64,000 nt of DNA from a virus. The DNA is taken from positions 15,764 through 79,763 of IMG/VR virus record IMGVR_UViG_3300030108_004141. One strand, given 5' to 3'. Shown in pieces: positions 19,445 through 29,079 of this stretch. Numbering within the stretch: position 1 is the first letter of the stretch; each line of letters opens with the position of its first letter. Under the pieces are notes generated by a model. That model did not search any database. It saw only the letters and a program-made list of their open reading frames with translations, and was not told where the DNA came from. A program made the position numbers and the translations under genes.

Positions 19445-19826
19445 AATGGTTGAGGTGGCTTTAAAACAGGATGAAGACTTTCTCAAAGTCAGAGAAACTC
19501 TCACTCGTATAGGTATTGCTTCTCGAAGAGATAGGAAGCTATATCAGTCTTGTCATATCTTACATAAACAAAAAAGATATTTCATAGTGCACTTCAAAGA
19601 GCTGTTCGCACTTGATGGGAAACCATCGAACTTTTCTGAGGAGGATGAGGCTCGAAGAAACACTATAGCGAACTTGCTAGACCAGTGGGGATTGGTGACG
19701 CTGTTGAATCGTGATTTGGTTGAGAGCAATTTAGCACCCATATCACACGTGAAGATTCTTTCTCACAAAGAGAAAGATGAGTGGATTTTAGAATCCAAAT
19801 ATAACATTGGCAAAAAGAGAGAGTAG
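19428..19826 (+). CDS. regA: Translational repressor RegA
   Basis: DFLKVRETLTRIGIAS, LYQSCHILHK, YFIVHFKELFALDG. Confidence 0.97.
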   Translation: MVNLDEMVEVALKQDEDFLKVRETLTRIGIASRRDRKLYQSCHILHKQKRYFIVHFKELFALDGKPSNFSEEDEARRNTIANLLDQWGLVTLLNRDLVESNLAPISHVKILSHKEKDEWILESKYNIGKKRE

Positions 19827-19827
19827 C

Positions 19828-20226
19828 ATGGGATATTTTCGTGATAGGACTAACTTCGATAAAGTTCGCATCTTTATGGAAGCATTCGGACAAGAGGTAA
19901 AATTAAAACCAGAGTTCCCTGACCCAGAAACTAGAAAAATGCGCATTGATCTGATTGAGGAAGAACTCGAAGAACTAAAAGATGCGTGCTTCAATAAAGA
20001 TATGGTTGAAGTTGCCGACGCTCTCACAGACTTGCTTTATGTTGTGTATGGGGCTGGTCATGCTTTCGGAATAGACTTAGACGATTCATTCCGCGAAGTT
20101 CATGTTAGCAACATGAGTAAACTCGGCGAAGATGGTAAACCTATCTATCGCGAAGATGGTAAGGTCATGAAGGGTCCAAAATTTAAACCACCTGCGTTGC
20201 AAGAAGTTTTGGATAAATATCAGTGA
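19828..20226 (+). CDS. MazG-like NTP pyrophosphohydrolase
   Basis: LIEEELEEL, EVADALTDLLYV.YG, VHVSNMSKL, REDGKVMKG. Confidence 0.88.
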   Translation: MGYFRDRTNFDKVRIFMEAFGQEVKLKPEFPDPETRKMRIDLIEEELEELKDACFNKDMVEVADALTDLLYVVYGAGHAFGIDLDDSFREVHVSNMSKLGEDGKPIYREDGKVMKGPKFKPPALQEVLDKYQ

Positions 20227-20229
20227 TAA

Positions 20230-20262
20230 TCCCTTTTATTGAGCATAAGAATACTATATAAT
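20230..20262 (+). promoter_or_regulatory. Sigma70-like promoter, TCC(C/A) family
   Basis: TCCC-TTTTAT-N17-TATAAT. Confidence 0.65.
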
Positions 20263-20266
20263 GTAT

Positions 20267-20315
20267 GTGTGATGCCTAATGGATCACACGTAACATTCTT
20301 GCTTAAATAGGAGGA
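20267..20315 (+). promoter_or_regulatory. ROSE-like RNA thermometer in the hsp20 5' UTR
   Basis: Hairpin GTGTGAT..ATCACAC, then TTCTTGCT-TAAAT-AGGAGGA, pairing the U(U/C)GCU motif with the SD. Confidence 0.65.
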
Positions 20316-20319
20316 TAAC

Positions 20320-20841
20320 ATGGTTATCAATACAAATGCACTTTCACCCTTTGACATTAATCGTCTCACTCCATATGCGGTCGGCTTTGATCGAGTGTTC
20401 GATCGACTCTGCGATTATGCCCAACACCAAACTCAATCGACAGGGTTCCCACCTTACAACATTCGAAAAGTTGATGAGTATAATTTCTCAATAGACCTTG
20501 CTGTAGCTGGACTTTCCGAAAAAGATTTGGAAGTTGAGGTTTCAGATGGAGTGATTACAGTTCGCTCTACTTATGAAGGTATCGACGTAGAGGGTGCAGG
20601 TTCATTCCTACATAAGGGAATGTCGTTCAAGAAGTTCACCCGCAAGTTTACTATTGCGGATGATATCATAGTTAAGGGTGCCGAAATGAAAAACGGTATG
20701 CTGACTATCGATCTTGAGCGAGTCATACCAGAAGAAAAGAAGCCACGTATCGTTCCCATAAATGGTAAAGCCGATGTCGGCGAAAACAAAAGCGATGCAG
20801 AATTTCTAGCTGAAAAGAAAGAAGATGAGCTTAATTTCTAA
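20320..20841 (+). CDS. hsp20: Small heat-shock protein Hsp20 (IbpA-like)
   Basis: GFD..F, FPPYNI, LAVAG, FTRKF, A.MKNGML.I.LER.IPEEKKPR. Confidence 0.95.
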   Translation: MVINTNALSPFDINRLTPYAVGFDRVFDRLCDYAQHQTQSTGFPPYNIRKVDEYNFSIDLAVAGLSEKDLEVEVSDGVITVRSTYEGIDVEGAGSFLHKGMSFKKFTRKFTIADDIIVKGAEMKNGMLTIDLERVIPEEKKPRIVPINGKADVGENKSDAEFLAEKKEDELNF

Positions 20842-20854
20842 CTGAGTAACAAGG

Positions 20855-20882
20855 GTGGGGGGACATAAGGTCCCCCCATTTA
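20855..20882 (+). terminator. Hairpin/terminator after hsp20
   Basis: TGGGGGGAC-ATAAG-GTCCCCCCA followed by TTT. Confidence 0.75.
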
Positions 20883-20901
20883 CTTCAATGGGAGCACATA
20901 A

Positions 20902-21345
20902 ATGGACATACAAAAACTTAGAAAACAGCTCGAAATTGATGAAGGAGTTGTGCACGAAATATACAACGACCATCTTGGTTATCCTACTTTTGGGATTGGC
21001 CATCTTATTACCGAAGACGATCCCGAACACGGTTCCCCCATCGGGACAGAAGTGGAAAACGATCGAGTCATTGAAGCCTTCGACAAAGATGTCCAGAGCG
21101 TATTGTCAGACTGCTCCATCCTTTATCCAAACTTCGAAAGTTTGCCAGAAGAAGCTCAACAAATAATCGCAAATATGATGTTCAATCTTGGTCGCCCTAG
21201 ACTTTCTAAGTTCAGAGGAATGAAGGCTGGTGTAGACGATCAAAACTGGCAAAGAGCTGCTGATGAAATGGTCGACTCGCGTTGGTATCGCCAAGTCGGT
21301 GCTCGCGCCGAAAGATTAGTGGAGCGGATGCGTGCCATCGGCTAA
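20902..21345 (+). CDS. Lysozyme (GH24, T4 e-like)
   Basis: DEG....Y.DHLGYPTFGIGHL, NMMFNLG, AADEMVDSRWYRQ..RAERL. Confidence 0.9.
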   Translation: MDIQKLRKQLEIDEGVVHEIYNDHLGYPTFGIGHLITEDDPEHGSPIGTEVENDRVIEAFDKDVQSVLSDCSILYPNFESLPEEAQQIIANMMFNLGRPRLSKFRGMKAGVDDQNWQRAADEMVDSRWYRQVGARAERLVERMRAIG

Positions 21346-21511
21346 CACAGTATCGGGTCCAGTTCAGTTTCTCGATCCAGATTGGCGCTGTTGGGAATAT
21401 GATGGCGACGGAACTAAGATATATAAAGTGACTGAGGGTTATAATAAGAAAACTCCATACACTAAAAAACATTATTACAGTGTACATTTTTGGAAAGGAA
21501 GAGCAGGATAA
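21332..21511 (+). CDS. Small hypothetical protein (59 aa, not in ORF track)
   Basis: GTG start after GGAG; MPSANTVSGPVQFLDPDWRCWEYDGDGTK...; fills the gap before the next gene. Confidence 0.5.
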   Translation: MPSANTVSGPVQFLDPDWRCWEYDGDGTKIYKVTEGYNKKTPYTKKHYYSVHFWKGRAG

Positions 21512-21517
21512 TTGAGC

Positions 21518-21853
21518 ATGAAACTTGTGCTTCAGATTATGACGATGCCCAGCGACTGTAATCCGCAGGGTAAAATATTCGGTGGATTTATTATGAGTAA
21601 GATGGACCAAGCAGCAGGAACTATCTGTAAATCTTATGATTATGTCACGAAAGCTGCAACCGATATTATATTTCACGCACCAGTTGAGGTTGGCGATATC
21701 GTTCAATGTTATGCAGAAATAGAAAAGTCGGGTAGAACATCCCATAAAATAAAAGTTGACGTGCATGTCGATGACGAGTTTCACACCAAAGTTTGTGAGG
21801 GTGTGTACACGATGGTGCGCACCGATCCACGAGGTCGACCAGTTCCGCATTAA
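21518..21853 (+). CDS. Hotdog-fold acyl-CoA thioesterase (YciA-like)
   Basis: MPSDCNPQGKIFGGFIMSKMDQAA, F.APV.VGD, GRTS. Confidence 0.88.
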   Translation: MKLVLQIMTMPSDCNPQGKIFGGFIMSKMDQAAGTICKSYDYVTKAATDIIFHAPVEVGDIVQCYAEIEKSGRTSHKIKVDVHVDDEFHTKVCEGVYTMVRTDPRGRPVPH

Positions 21854-21940
21854 ATTATTACGATTCGGGGTCATTTTAAAAACAGTCACTATATAATGGC
21901 AACGACATCCGGTCGTTCGCTCAAATGGAGGAATCCCATA

Positions 21941-22948
21941 ATGAAAAAACTGTTAATCATCGCTTCAGCAGCATTACTCGTTTCTGGAGTAGCACAAGCA
22001 CGTGATCAGATTCGTGTAGTTGGTTCTTCAACTGTATACCCATTCACAACTGTTGTTGCCGAATTGTTCGGTAATATTAAAGGAAAGACTCCGATCATTG
22101 AATCAACTGGAACAGGTGGTGGATTCAAGTTGTTTTGTTCCGGCATTGGTGATAAATATGCAGACTTTAATAATGCATCCCGTGCAATGAAGAAGAGTGA
22201 AGTTAAAAAATGCGCGAAGAATGGTATCACTGCAACTGAAATCAAAGTTGGTTATGATGGGATCGTTCTTGCGAATAGTAAACAATCAAAACGAATGGAA
22301 ATATCTCTCAAAGAAATATTTCTTGCACTCGCAGCAAAAATACCTCAAGATGGTAAACTCGTATCAAACCCATATACACATTGGAATCAAATCAATCCTA
22401 AACTTCCAAACACAAAGATCCGTGTTCTTGGACCACCCCCAACATCTGGAACTCGTGATGCATTTGTCGAGTTAGCTATGGAAGGTGGTGCTAAAAAGTT
22501 TGGTTGGTTGAAAGATCTTCGTAAGAAAGATAAAAAGAAGTTCAAAGCTATCGCCCATACCATTCGTGAGGATGGTGCGTATGTAGAAGCTGGAGAAAAT
22601 GACAACCTGATCATTAAAAAACTTGACTCAGATCCAAGTTCATTCGGAGTTTTTGGATTTTCTTTCCTAGATCAAAACTTAGATAAGTTACAAGGTTCTG
22701 TGATACAGGGTGTTACACCAACTTTTGATAGCATTGCGGATGGTTCTTATAAGGTATCTCGCCCTCTGTTCATTTATGCTAAAGATCAGCATATGGGTAA
22801 GGTTCCAGGCATGAAAGATTTCATAAAACTTTACATCAGCGAACAAATGACTGGCGAAGAAGGTCGATTAGCAGATGGTGGGTTGATCCCACTTCCTGCT
22901 CGTGAAAAAGCTGAACTTGTCAAAAAACTGTTTGCCGCACTTCAATAA
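21941..22948 (+). CDS. pstS: Phosphate ABC transporter substrate-binding protein
   Basis: Signal peptide, ARDQIRVVGSSTVYPF, ESTGTGGG, GPPPTSGTRDAF, Y.VSRPLF.Y. Confidence 0.93.
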   Translation: MKKLLIIASAALLVSGVAQARDQIRVVGSSTVYPFTTVVAELFGNIKGKTPIIESTGTGGGFKLFCSGIGDKYADFNNASRAMKKSEVKKCAKNGITATEIKVGYDGIVLANSKQSKRMEISLKEIFLALAAKIPQDGKLVSNPYTHWNQINPKLPNTKIRVLGPPPTSGTRDAFVELAMEGGAKKFGWLKDLRKKDKKKFKAIAHTIREDGAYVEAGENDNLIIKKLDSDPSSFGVFGFSFLDQNLDKLQGSVIQGVTPTFDSIADGSYKVSRPLFIYAKDQHMGKVPGMKDFIKLYISEQMTGEEGRLADGGLIPLPAREKAELVKKLFAALQ

Positions 22949-22956
22949 ATAAGTAC

Positions 22957-23628
22957 ATGGTAGAAGAAGACTTTCAAGCATGGCAAATATACCCAGAACA
23001 CAGGTGGGTGTTCAACAAGCTGGAACTGGCGTTGCGTCTCGGATACGACGCTGGTCCAGCTTGTGTCCCAATAACGAGGTCGGGCAAGTATGTGGTTCGT
23101 CCGATTTACAATCTGTATGGCATGGGCATTGGTGCCAAAGTCATACACATAAACATAATGCAATCAAAGAGTATGGAAAATCATGCTCTTATTCCCCCTG
23201 GATATTTTTGGTGTGAGTTCTTTGATGGCGACCAATACAGTGTCGATTACAAAAGAACGAGGCAACCAAAGGGATCACGGTGGGCTTGGGAAGAAGTCGA
23301 TACAGCAAGAGGCGAGCGTGATATCGATAATCTTACTAGGTTCAAATTGTGGGAAAAATGTGAAAACAGAAGAATCTTTTTACCAAACTTTCTCAACAAC
23401 ATTGATGGTGTTCCCGACTTGAATGTAGAATGGATTGGTGATAAAGTTGTCGAAGTTCATCTAAGAACTGGCAACGATGTTTTTTGGGGGAAGGATGAAG
23501 GAGCGAAGGTGATACCTATTTGGGAGGGTGATAATATTGAACCAGATATACTGAACATAGCGCAAAACAAAATCGATGCTTCAGGATATCTTAAGGATGT
23601 GAGGACTGGCTACAAACTTGTGGATTAA
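22957..23628 (+). CDS. Hypothetical protein with ATP-grasp-like motifs
   Basis: VVRP...GMGIGA, CEFFDG.QYSVDY, NVEW....VEVHLR. Confidence 0.5.
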   Translation: MVEEDFQAWQIYPEHRWVFNKLELALRLGYDAGPACVPITRSGKYVVRPIYNLYGMGIGAKVIHINIMQSKSMENHALIPPGYFWCEFFDGDQYSVDYKRTRQPKGSRWAWEEVDTARGERDIDNLTRFKLWEKCENRRIFLPNFLNNIDGVPDLNVEWIGDKVVEVHLRTGNDVFWGKDEGAKVIPIWEGDNIEPDILNIAQNKIDASGYLKDVRTGYKLVD

Positions 23629-23661
23629 TCCATTGCTTCTTCCTTACAATAGGTTTATAAT
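23629..23661 (+). promoter_or_regulatory. Sigma70-like promoter, TCC(C/A) family (likely leaderless gp43)
   Basis: TCCA-TTGCTT-N17-TATAAT; ATG 6 nt after the -10. Confidence 0.7.
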
Positions 23662-23667
23662 CTTATA

Positions 23668-26151
23668 ATGTTCTATACTAATGCGACCTCTATCAAGAGT
23701 GATATTCTCGTGCGCGGATACAAAAACGGGAAAGCATTCAAGCGCAAAGTTAAATACAAACCAACTCTCTATGTGACATCACAAAATAGAGAGTCGGAGT
23801 GGTCAAACATTTATGGTCATCCCCTCGAGCCTATGAAGTTCGATAATCTATGGGACGCACGTGCGTTTATTAAGCAGCACAAAGATGTCGGTGGATTTGA
23901 AATATATGGTCTGCCTCGTTATGAATATGCCTTCTTGAATGAAGCGTTTCCTGATGATGTAATATTTGATCGCGAACAGATGCGTATCGTTAACATCGAT
24001 ATTGAGGTCGGATCAGAAAATGGTTTCCCCGATCCCGAAGATGCTGCCGAGCCTGTCACTGCTATCACTATGAAAGTTGGTAAATGGTTTACAGTTTTTG
24101 GGTGTGGTGATTACACACCAACTCGTAACGATGTGAAATATATCAAATGCAAAGACGAGCATGAGTTGCTTCATAGGTTCCTCGCTGATTGGGCAAGCCC
24201 ACATCATCCTGACGTAATCACAGGCTGGAACACTTCGTTCTTTGACATACCATATCTTGTTCGTAGAATAACATCAGTGCTAGGATATGAGTTTGCTAAG
24301 AAATTATCGCCTTGGGGTTTGCTGACCGAAACCACTATCAAGATGCAAGGTAAGGAACAAATCAAAACATCAATCGCTGGTGTTACGAATCTTGATTACC
24401 TCGAGCTGTATAAGAAGTTCACATATTCACAGCAGGAATCTTATCGCCTCGATAACATTGCCCATGTTGAGCTGGGTGAAAACAAACTCGATTATTCTGA
24501 GTATGCATCGCTTCATAGTTTATATCGTAACGACTATCAGAAGTTCATAGATTACAATATCAAAGACGTTGATCTGGTTGAAAAGATTGACGATAAGATG
24601 AAACTGATTGACATGGCTTTGACTCTTGCGTATGATGCCAAGGTGAATATACACGATGTCTTCACTCAGGTTCGGATGTGGGATGTTCTGATCCATAATC
24701 ACTTATACAGTAAAAAGATTGCTGTTCCTATCGAGGGTGGCGGCAGCAAAGACGGTTCTTATGTCGGCGCGTATGTAAAGAAACCGAAGATTGGTATGCA
24801 CAACTGGGTTCTGTCATTCGATCTCAACTCGTTGTACCCGCATCTGATTATGCAGTATAATATTTCACCTGAGAAAAAAGATCAGAACAGAAAGACTAGC
24901 ACCTCGGTTGACCGAATCTTATCTGGCGAAATTAATAAGATTGATGGATACAGTCTGACACCGAATGGCTGTTACTTCAAGAACGACAGCCAAGGATTTT
25001 TGCCTGAGATGATGCAGCGTATGTATAGTGATCGTGTCGTCTACAAAGAAAAGATGATTGAAGCGCAAAAGGCATACGAGAAAGAAAAAGATCCTGGCAA
25101 GAAATTACAATATAGCAAGGATATATCTCGTTATAAAAATATGCAGCTCGCGAGAAAAGTTCAGCTCAACTCAGCCTATGGTGCGATCGGTAATCAGTTC
25201 TTCAGATTCTTTGATCTAGATCAGGCAACAGCTATTACAACTGCTGGTCAGCTTTCGATTCGTTGGGCTGAGGAACGAATTAACAAATATCTAAACAAAA
25301 CACTCAAGACGGGAAATGTCGACTATGTTATTGCTTCAGATACGGATTCATTATACATTGTTCTTGACAAACTTGTTAACAAAACTTTTGCGAAGAAGGG
25401 TACTCCTGACAAAAGTACGGTGGTCTCTTTCCTTGACCGAGCAGCTCGAGAAGTCATTGAACCTGTTATTGATAAAATTTATTCAGATCTTGCTGAAAGT
25501 GTAGGTGCGTTTGAACAGAAGATGGTTATGGCTAGAGAGGTCATAGCCGATAAAGGTATATGGACTGCGAAGAAAAGATATATCCTAAATGTGCATGATT
25601 CTGAGGGTGTGCGGTTTGAAAAACCTAAACTCAAGATGATGGGCATTGAGGCAGTCAAATCATCGACTCCCGAAACGTGTCGTGATGCTATTAAAAAATC
25701 TCTCGAGCTTATCATGAACACCAACGAAAATACTGTTCAGGAATATATAAATGACTTCCGATCAGAGTTCAATAAGATGCCATTTGAAGATGTTGCCTTC
25801 CCTCGTGGAGTTAACAACTTGAATAAATATATGAGGAAGCAGAAATCAGTGCCGATACATGTGAGAGGCGCGTTGGTGTTTAATCAAACACTTCTAGATA
25901 AAGGTCTAGAAAAGAAGTATGAACTTATCAAAGAAGGCGAAAAGATCAAGTATTCTTATATGAGCCTTCCTAATCCAGTAAGGTCAAATGTGCTGGCAAT
26001 ACTTTCTAGTCTTCCTCCTGAGCTTGGATTGGAGCAATATATAAATTACAACCTCCAGTTCGACAAAGCATTTTTAGAACCGCTGCGTGCAGTTTTAGAA
26101 GTTATAGGATGGAACGAAGAAAAAAGTAACAGCATAGAGGACTTCTTTTAA
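23668..26151 (+). CDS. gp43: Family B DNA polymerase
   Basis: DIE exonuclease motif, SFDLNSLYP, K..LNSAYG, SDTDS, KKRY. Confidence 0.98.
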   Translation: MFYTNATSIKSDILVRGYKNGKAFKRKVKYKPTLYVTSQNRESEWSNIYGHPLEPMKFDNLWDARAFIKQHKDVGGFEIYGLPRYEYAFLNEAFPDDVIFDREQMRIVNIDIEVGSENGFPDPEDAAEPVTAITMKVGKWFTVFGCGDYTPTRNDVKYIKCKDEHELLHRFLADWASPHHPDVITGWNTSFFDIPYLVRRITSVLGYEFAKKLSPWGLLTETTIKMQGKEQIKTSIAGVTNLDYLELYKKFTYSQQESYRLDNIAHVELGENKLDYSEYASLHSLYRNDYQKFIDYNIKDVDLVEKIDDKMKLIDMALTLAYDAKVNIHDVFTQVRMWDVLIHNHLYSKKIAVPIEGGGSKDGSYVGAYVKKPKIGMHNWVLSFDLNSLYPHLIMQYNISPEKKDQNRKTSTSVDRILSGEINKIDGYSLTPNGCYFKNDSQGFLPEMMQRMYSDRVVYKEKMIEAQKAYEKEKDPGKKLQYSKDISRYKNMQLARKVQLNSAYGAIGNQFFRFFDLDQATAITTAGQLSIRWAEERINKYLNKTLKTGNVDYVIASDTDSLYIVLDKLVNKTFAKKGTPDKSTVVSFLDRAAREVIEPVIDKIYSDLAESVGAFEQKMVMAREVIADKGIWTAKKRYILNVHDSEGVRFEKPKLKMMGIEAVKSSTPETCRDAIKKSLELIMNTNENTVQEYINDFRSEFNKMPFEDVAFPRGVNNLNKYMRKQKSVPIHVRGALVFNQTLLDKGLEKKYELIKEGEKIKYSYMSLPNPVRSNVLAILSSLPPELGLEQYINYNLQFDKAFLEPLRAVLEVIGWNEEKSNSIEDFF

Positions 26152-26522
26152 TGGCTGATATACCCGAGGAATACCTTTCATACGACTTTGGTTTTTCTGC
26201 AGTCGACGATCCTTATGAGGCTAAGGAGCAGTCACAAGAAACAGTGACTGCTGCTGTATCAGAGGATGTCGAAAAAAAGTTAGATTTAATTGAGGAAAAG
26301 ATTCAAGCACTCACTTCACTTATGTTTAGAATGGAAGAGGACGGTAATGAAAGAGTGTCAGAAGCAGAACTGCGTGATAAGGTTCGCAGACTTGAGGCAA
26401 TCATAGTTCCTCTCCTCAACAATCTCCTGAAAACTGCAGATAAAGATTATATCCATTGGCCAAACCGTGGACCTGCAGTAGAGCAACAGCTTCAGAAAGT
26501 ATTAGAAATCACCCGAGGATAA
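26151..26522 (+). CDS. Conserved T4-like hypothetical protein
   Basis: DFGFSAVD ... PLLNNL ... KDYIHWPNR motif. Confidence 0.65.
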   Translation: MADIPEEYLSYDFGFSAVDDPYEAKEQSQETVTAAVSEDVEKKLDLIEEKIQALTSLMFRMEEDGNERVSEAELRDKVRRLEAIIVPLLNNLLKTADKDYIHWPNRGPAVEQQLQKVLEITRG

Positions 26523-26529
26523 GATAGGT

Positions 26530-26847
26530 ATGCTGCCGTCAAAAGCAGAAATCATGCAAGCACTTGAGTCGGTTCACGACCCACACGTGCCTGTTAGCTT
26601 GCACCGAATGGGAATGCTTCGCGAAATCGAAATAAGTCAAGACGGTGTTGTGAATATTCAGGTGTGTATTCCGTGCATGGGTTGTCCTGGCGTGGGTATG
26701 CTTCGTGAAAATATCCGTGAGGCAGTGCTCACACTCTCCGGTGTCACAGAGGTCAATGTCGAAGAGGGATGGCATTTACCGTGGACACGAGAGATGATTG
26801 AACCAGATGTTCAAGATATGATGCGGATTAATGGCATACAGGTTTGA
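26530..26847 (+). CDS. DUF59 / PaaD(PaaJ)-like metal-sulfur cluster assembly factor
   Basis: AL..V.DP..PVSL..MG...I, GCP, V..V.V....PWT.EM pattern. Confidence 0.8.
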   Translation: MLPSKAEIMQALESVHDPHVPVSLHRMGMLREIEISQDGVVNIQVCIPCMGCPGVGMLRENIREAVLTLSGVTEVNVEEGWHLPWTREMIEPDVQDMMRINGIQV

Positions 26848-26861
26848 CGGAGAGAACTAGG

Positions 26862-27761
26862 ATGGATAGAATTTTAATCTTTTCGGTTGGTATCGCCATA
26901 TCGGTGGTGGCAGCTTGGTACTCGATTATCGGTTTGACTACAATATTTGCAGCTGCGTTCATACCGATTATAATTATGGGTTCGGTGCTAGAAGTTGGTA
27001 AGATTGTTACAGCTTCATATATGTTTCGAAACTGGAGCAACATACCCATACTGATGCGAGGATATTTTTCTTTCGCTATTATTATCCTAATGCTTATTAC
27101 GAGCATGGGTATTTTCGGATATTTGTCAAAGGCTCACATTGATCAGACATTAGGAAGTGGCGATAACACACTACAAATACAAATGCTTGATCAGCGCATA
27201 CAGCGTCAGCAAAATAAATTAAATGATGCGAACCGTGTTATCGAACAACTCGATAAATCTGTCGAAACTTTGATTCAATATGATAGGATTCGTGGTCGGG
27301 ATGGTGCGATAGCGGTTCGGAAATCACAAACCGAAGAACGCACCAACCTCAATACCTTGATAGAATCTGCAGCTAATGAAATATCAAAACTCCGTGATAA
27401 GAAATTAATTCTGAAAAAAGAACAGCTAAAGTTCGAGGCAGAAGTCGGACCGATAAAATATATCGCCGATCTAATCTATGGTGATCAGGCTAAAGAAATG
27501 ATTGATGAGGCAGTTCGCGCTGTCATAATATTACTCGTTGTTGTGTTTGATCCACTCGCGATACTTTTGATTGTAGCAGCTGGTGGGATTGATGTTGCAC
27601 CTAAACAACCGAAAAGAAAACTTAATTCTCCATTGCGAAATGGTAGAAATAAACGTAGAATGAGGAAAGGTACAGAGCGTTGGAAAGGTGATGCTGCTGA
27701 AATAATTAGCGGTGAAGATTGGCAAACGACTGAGAAAGTAACTATACAAAAGGAAAAGTGA
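26862..27761 (+). CDS. Membrane protein with coiled coil (conserved in T4-like phages)
   Basis: Three N-terminal TM segments, LE.GK, ITSMGIFGYLSKAH, EVGPIKYIA, VFDPLA. Confidence 0.7.
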   Translation: MDRILIFSVGIAISVVAAWYSIIGLTTIFAAAFIPIIIMGSVLEVGKIVTASYMFRNWSNIPILMRGYFSFAIIILMLITSMGIFGYLSKAHIDQTLGSGDNTLQIQMLDQRIQRQQNKLNDANRVIEQLDKSVETLIQYDRIRGRDGAIAVRKSQTEERTNLNTLIESAANEISKLRDKKLILKKEQLKFEAEVGPIKYIADLIYGDQAKEMIDEAVRAVIILLVVVFDPLAILLIVAAGGIDVAPKQPKRKLNSPLRNGRNKRRMRKGTERWKGDAAEIISGEDWQTTEKVTIQKEK

Positions 27762-28823
27762 ATGAGTGATTTTTTTCGTCAGATGGTAAAAGATATTGGT
27801 GATGTTGACACACATATCGCCGAGGATGGTTTACATTCTTCTGAGTTTTCAGGAGCAATCGATACAGGTTCGTACATTCTAAACGCAGCATTGACTGGCA
27901 GTTTGTATGGTGGCGCACCCAATAATAAGATTACTGCGTTTGCTGGTGAGTCGGCAACTGGTAAGACTTTTTTCGTTTTAGGTATTGTTCGTCAGTTTCT
28001 AATCGATAATCCTGAGGGCGGTGTTTTCTATTATGACACTGAGGCAGCTGTTACAAAAGATATGATGAGCGACCGAGGTATCGATACCAGTCGTGTTATC
28101 GTATCTGAGCAAACTACAGTTCAGAGTTTCAGAACTCATGTCATGCGTACACTCGATCGATATCTAGAATCAGATGAGCGACCACCTATCCTATTCGTGC
28201 TAGACTCGCTCGGTCAGCTTTCGACTGAGAAAGAAGTTTCGGACATCGCCGACGGTAAAGATACACGCGATATGACTCGTGCTCAGTTGTTGCGTGGAAC
28301 GTTCCGTGCGCTATCATTGAAACTTGCTAAAGCTCGCGCACCTATGCTAGTGACTAATCATGTATTTGATGTGATTGGCTCTTACATGCCTATGAAAGAT
28401 ATGGGCGGTGGTGCAGGTCTGAAGTATGCAGCTTCTCAGATCGTTTTCTTATCTAAGAAAAAAGATAAGGATGGGACTGACGTTGTCGGTAATATTATTC
28501 ACTGCCGTATGAATAAGAGTCGGTTCACGAAAGAAAACAAAATGGTTGATGTTCGTCTTTCGTATGACGAAGGGTTGGATCGTTATTATGGTTTGCTTGA
28601 ACTTGCCGAAAAATATCAGATCATTAAGAAGGTCAGCACTCGCTATGAACTTCCTGATGGTACTAAACTGTTCGGCAAGCAAATCATGAAGGATCCCGAA
28701 AAGTATTTTACCGAGGATATGATGCATCAATTAGAGCTGGCTGCTGAAACTGAATTTAAATATGGAAAGGTTGGGATCGATGAAGTCGACGACACCCAGG
28801 AAAGTGAACTACAAGATTCGTGA
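27762..28823 (+). CDS. uvsX: RecA-like recombinase UvsX
   Basis: DTGSY, AGESATGKT, LDSLG, DMTRAQ, MGGG.GLKYAAS. Confidence 0.95.
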   Translation: MSDFFRQMVKDIGDVDTHIAEDGLHSSEFSGAIDTGSYILNAALTGSLYGGAPNNKITAFAGESATGKTFFVLGIVRQFLIDNPEGGVFYYDTEAAVTKDMMSDRGIDTSRVIVSEQTTVQSFRTHVMRTLDRYLESDERPPILFVLDSLGQLSTEKEVSDIADGKDTRDMTRAQLLRGTFRALSLKLAKARAPMLVTNHVFDVIGSYMPMKDMGGGAGLKYAASQIVFLSKKKDKDGTDVVGNIIHCRMNKSRFTKENKMVDVRLSYDEGLDRYYGLLELAEKYQIIKKVSTRYELPDGTKLFGKQIMKDPEKYFTEDMMHQLELAAETEFKYGKVGIDEVDDTQESELQDS

Positions 28824-29079
28824 TGAAGACTCAGATGGACTCGCGGTTATTGAAATATTGGAAGATCCGTTCAGAGGCACTAAGTTTCATTTTGGTGAGG
28901 TTGGTTCGTTTGATACCGAAACGGAAGAAGTCGGAGTGAAATTTCAGTTTACCATAGATGAAGGAGATGATACACTAGAGAAAGATCCAAGGTTTCAAGA
29001 AGTAGTTGCCCATATACTTTACAGCATTGTGACGGATAATGAGAATAGAACAAACGATTCTACGACACCTAGTTCATAA
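28780..29079 (+). CDS. Hypothetical protein (gp40 position)
   Basis: ORF between uvsX and gp41; no clear motif. Confidence 0.5.
   Translation: MKSTTPRKVNYKIRDEDSDGLAVIEILEDPFRGTKFHFGEVGSFDTETEEVGVKFQFTIDEGDDTLEKDPRFQEVVAHILYSIVTDNENRTNDSTTPSS

Noticed and set aside
21846-21897. Pho box upstream of pstS
   Set aside because: GTCAT (21870) and GTCAC (21885) are 15 nt apart, not the 11-nt period of PhoB boxes. Only a TATAAT is clear, so it is not supported by eye.
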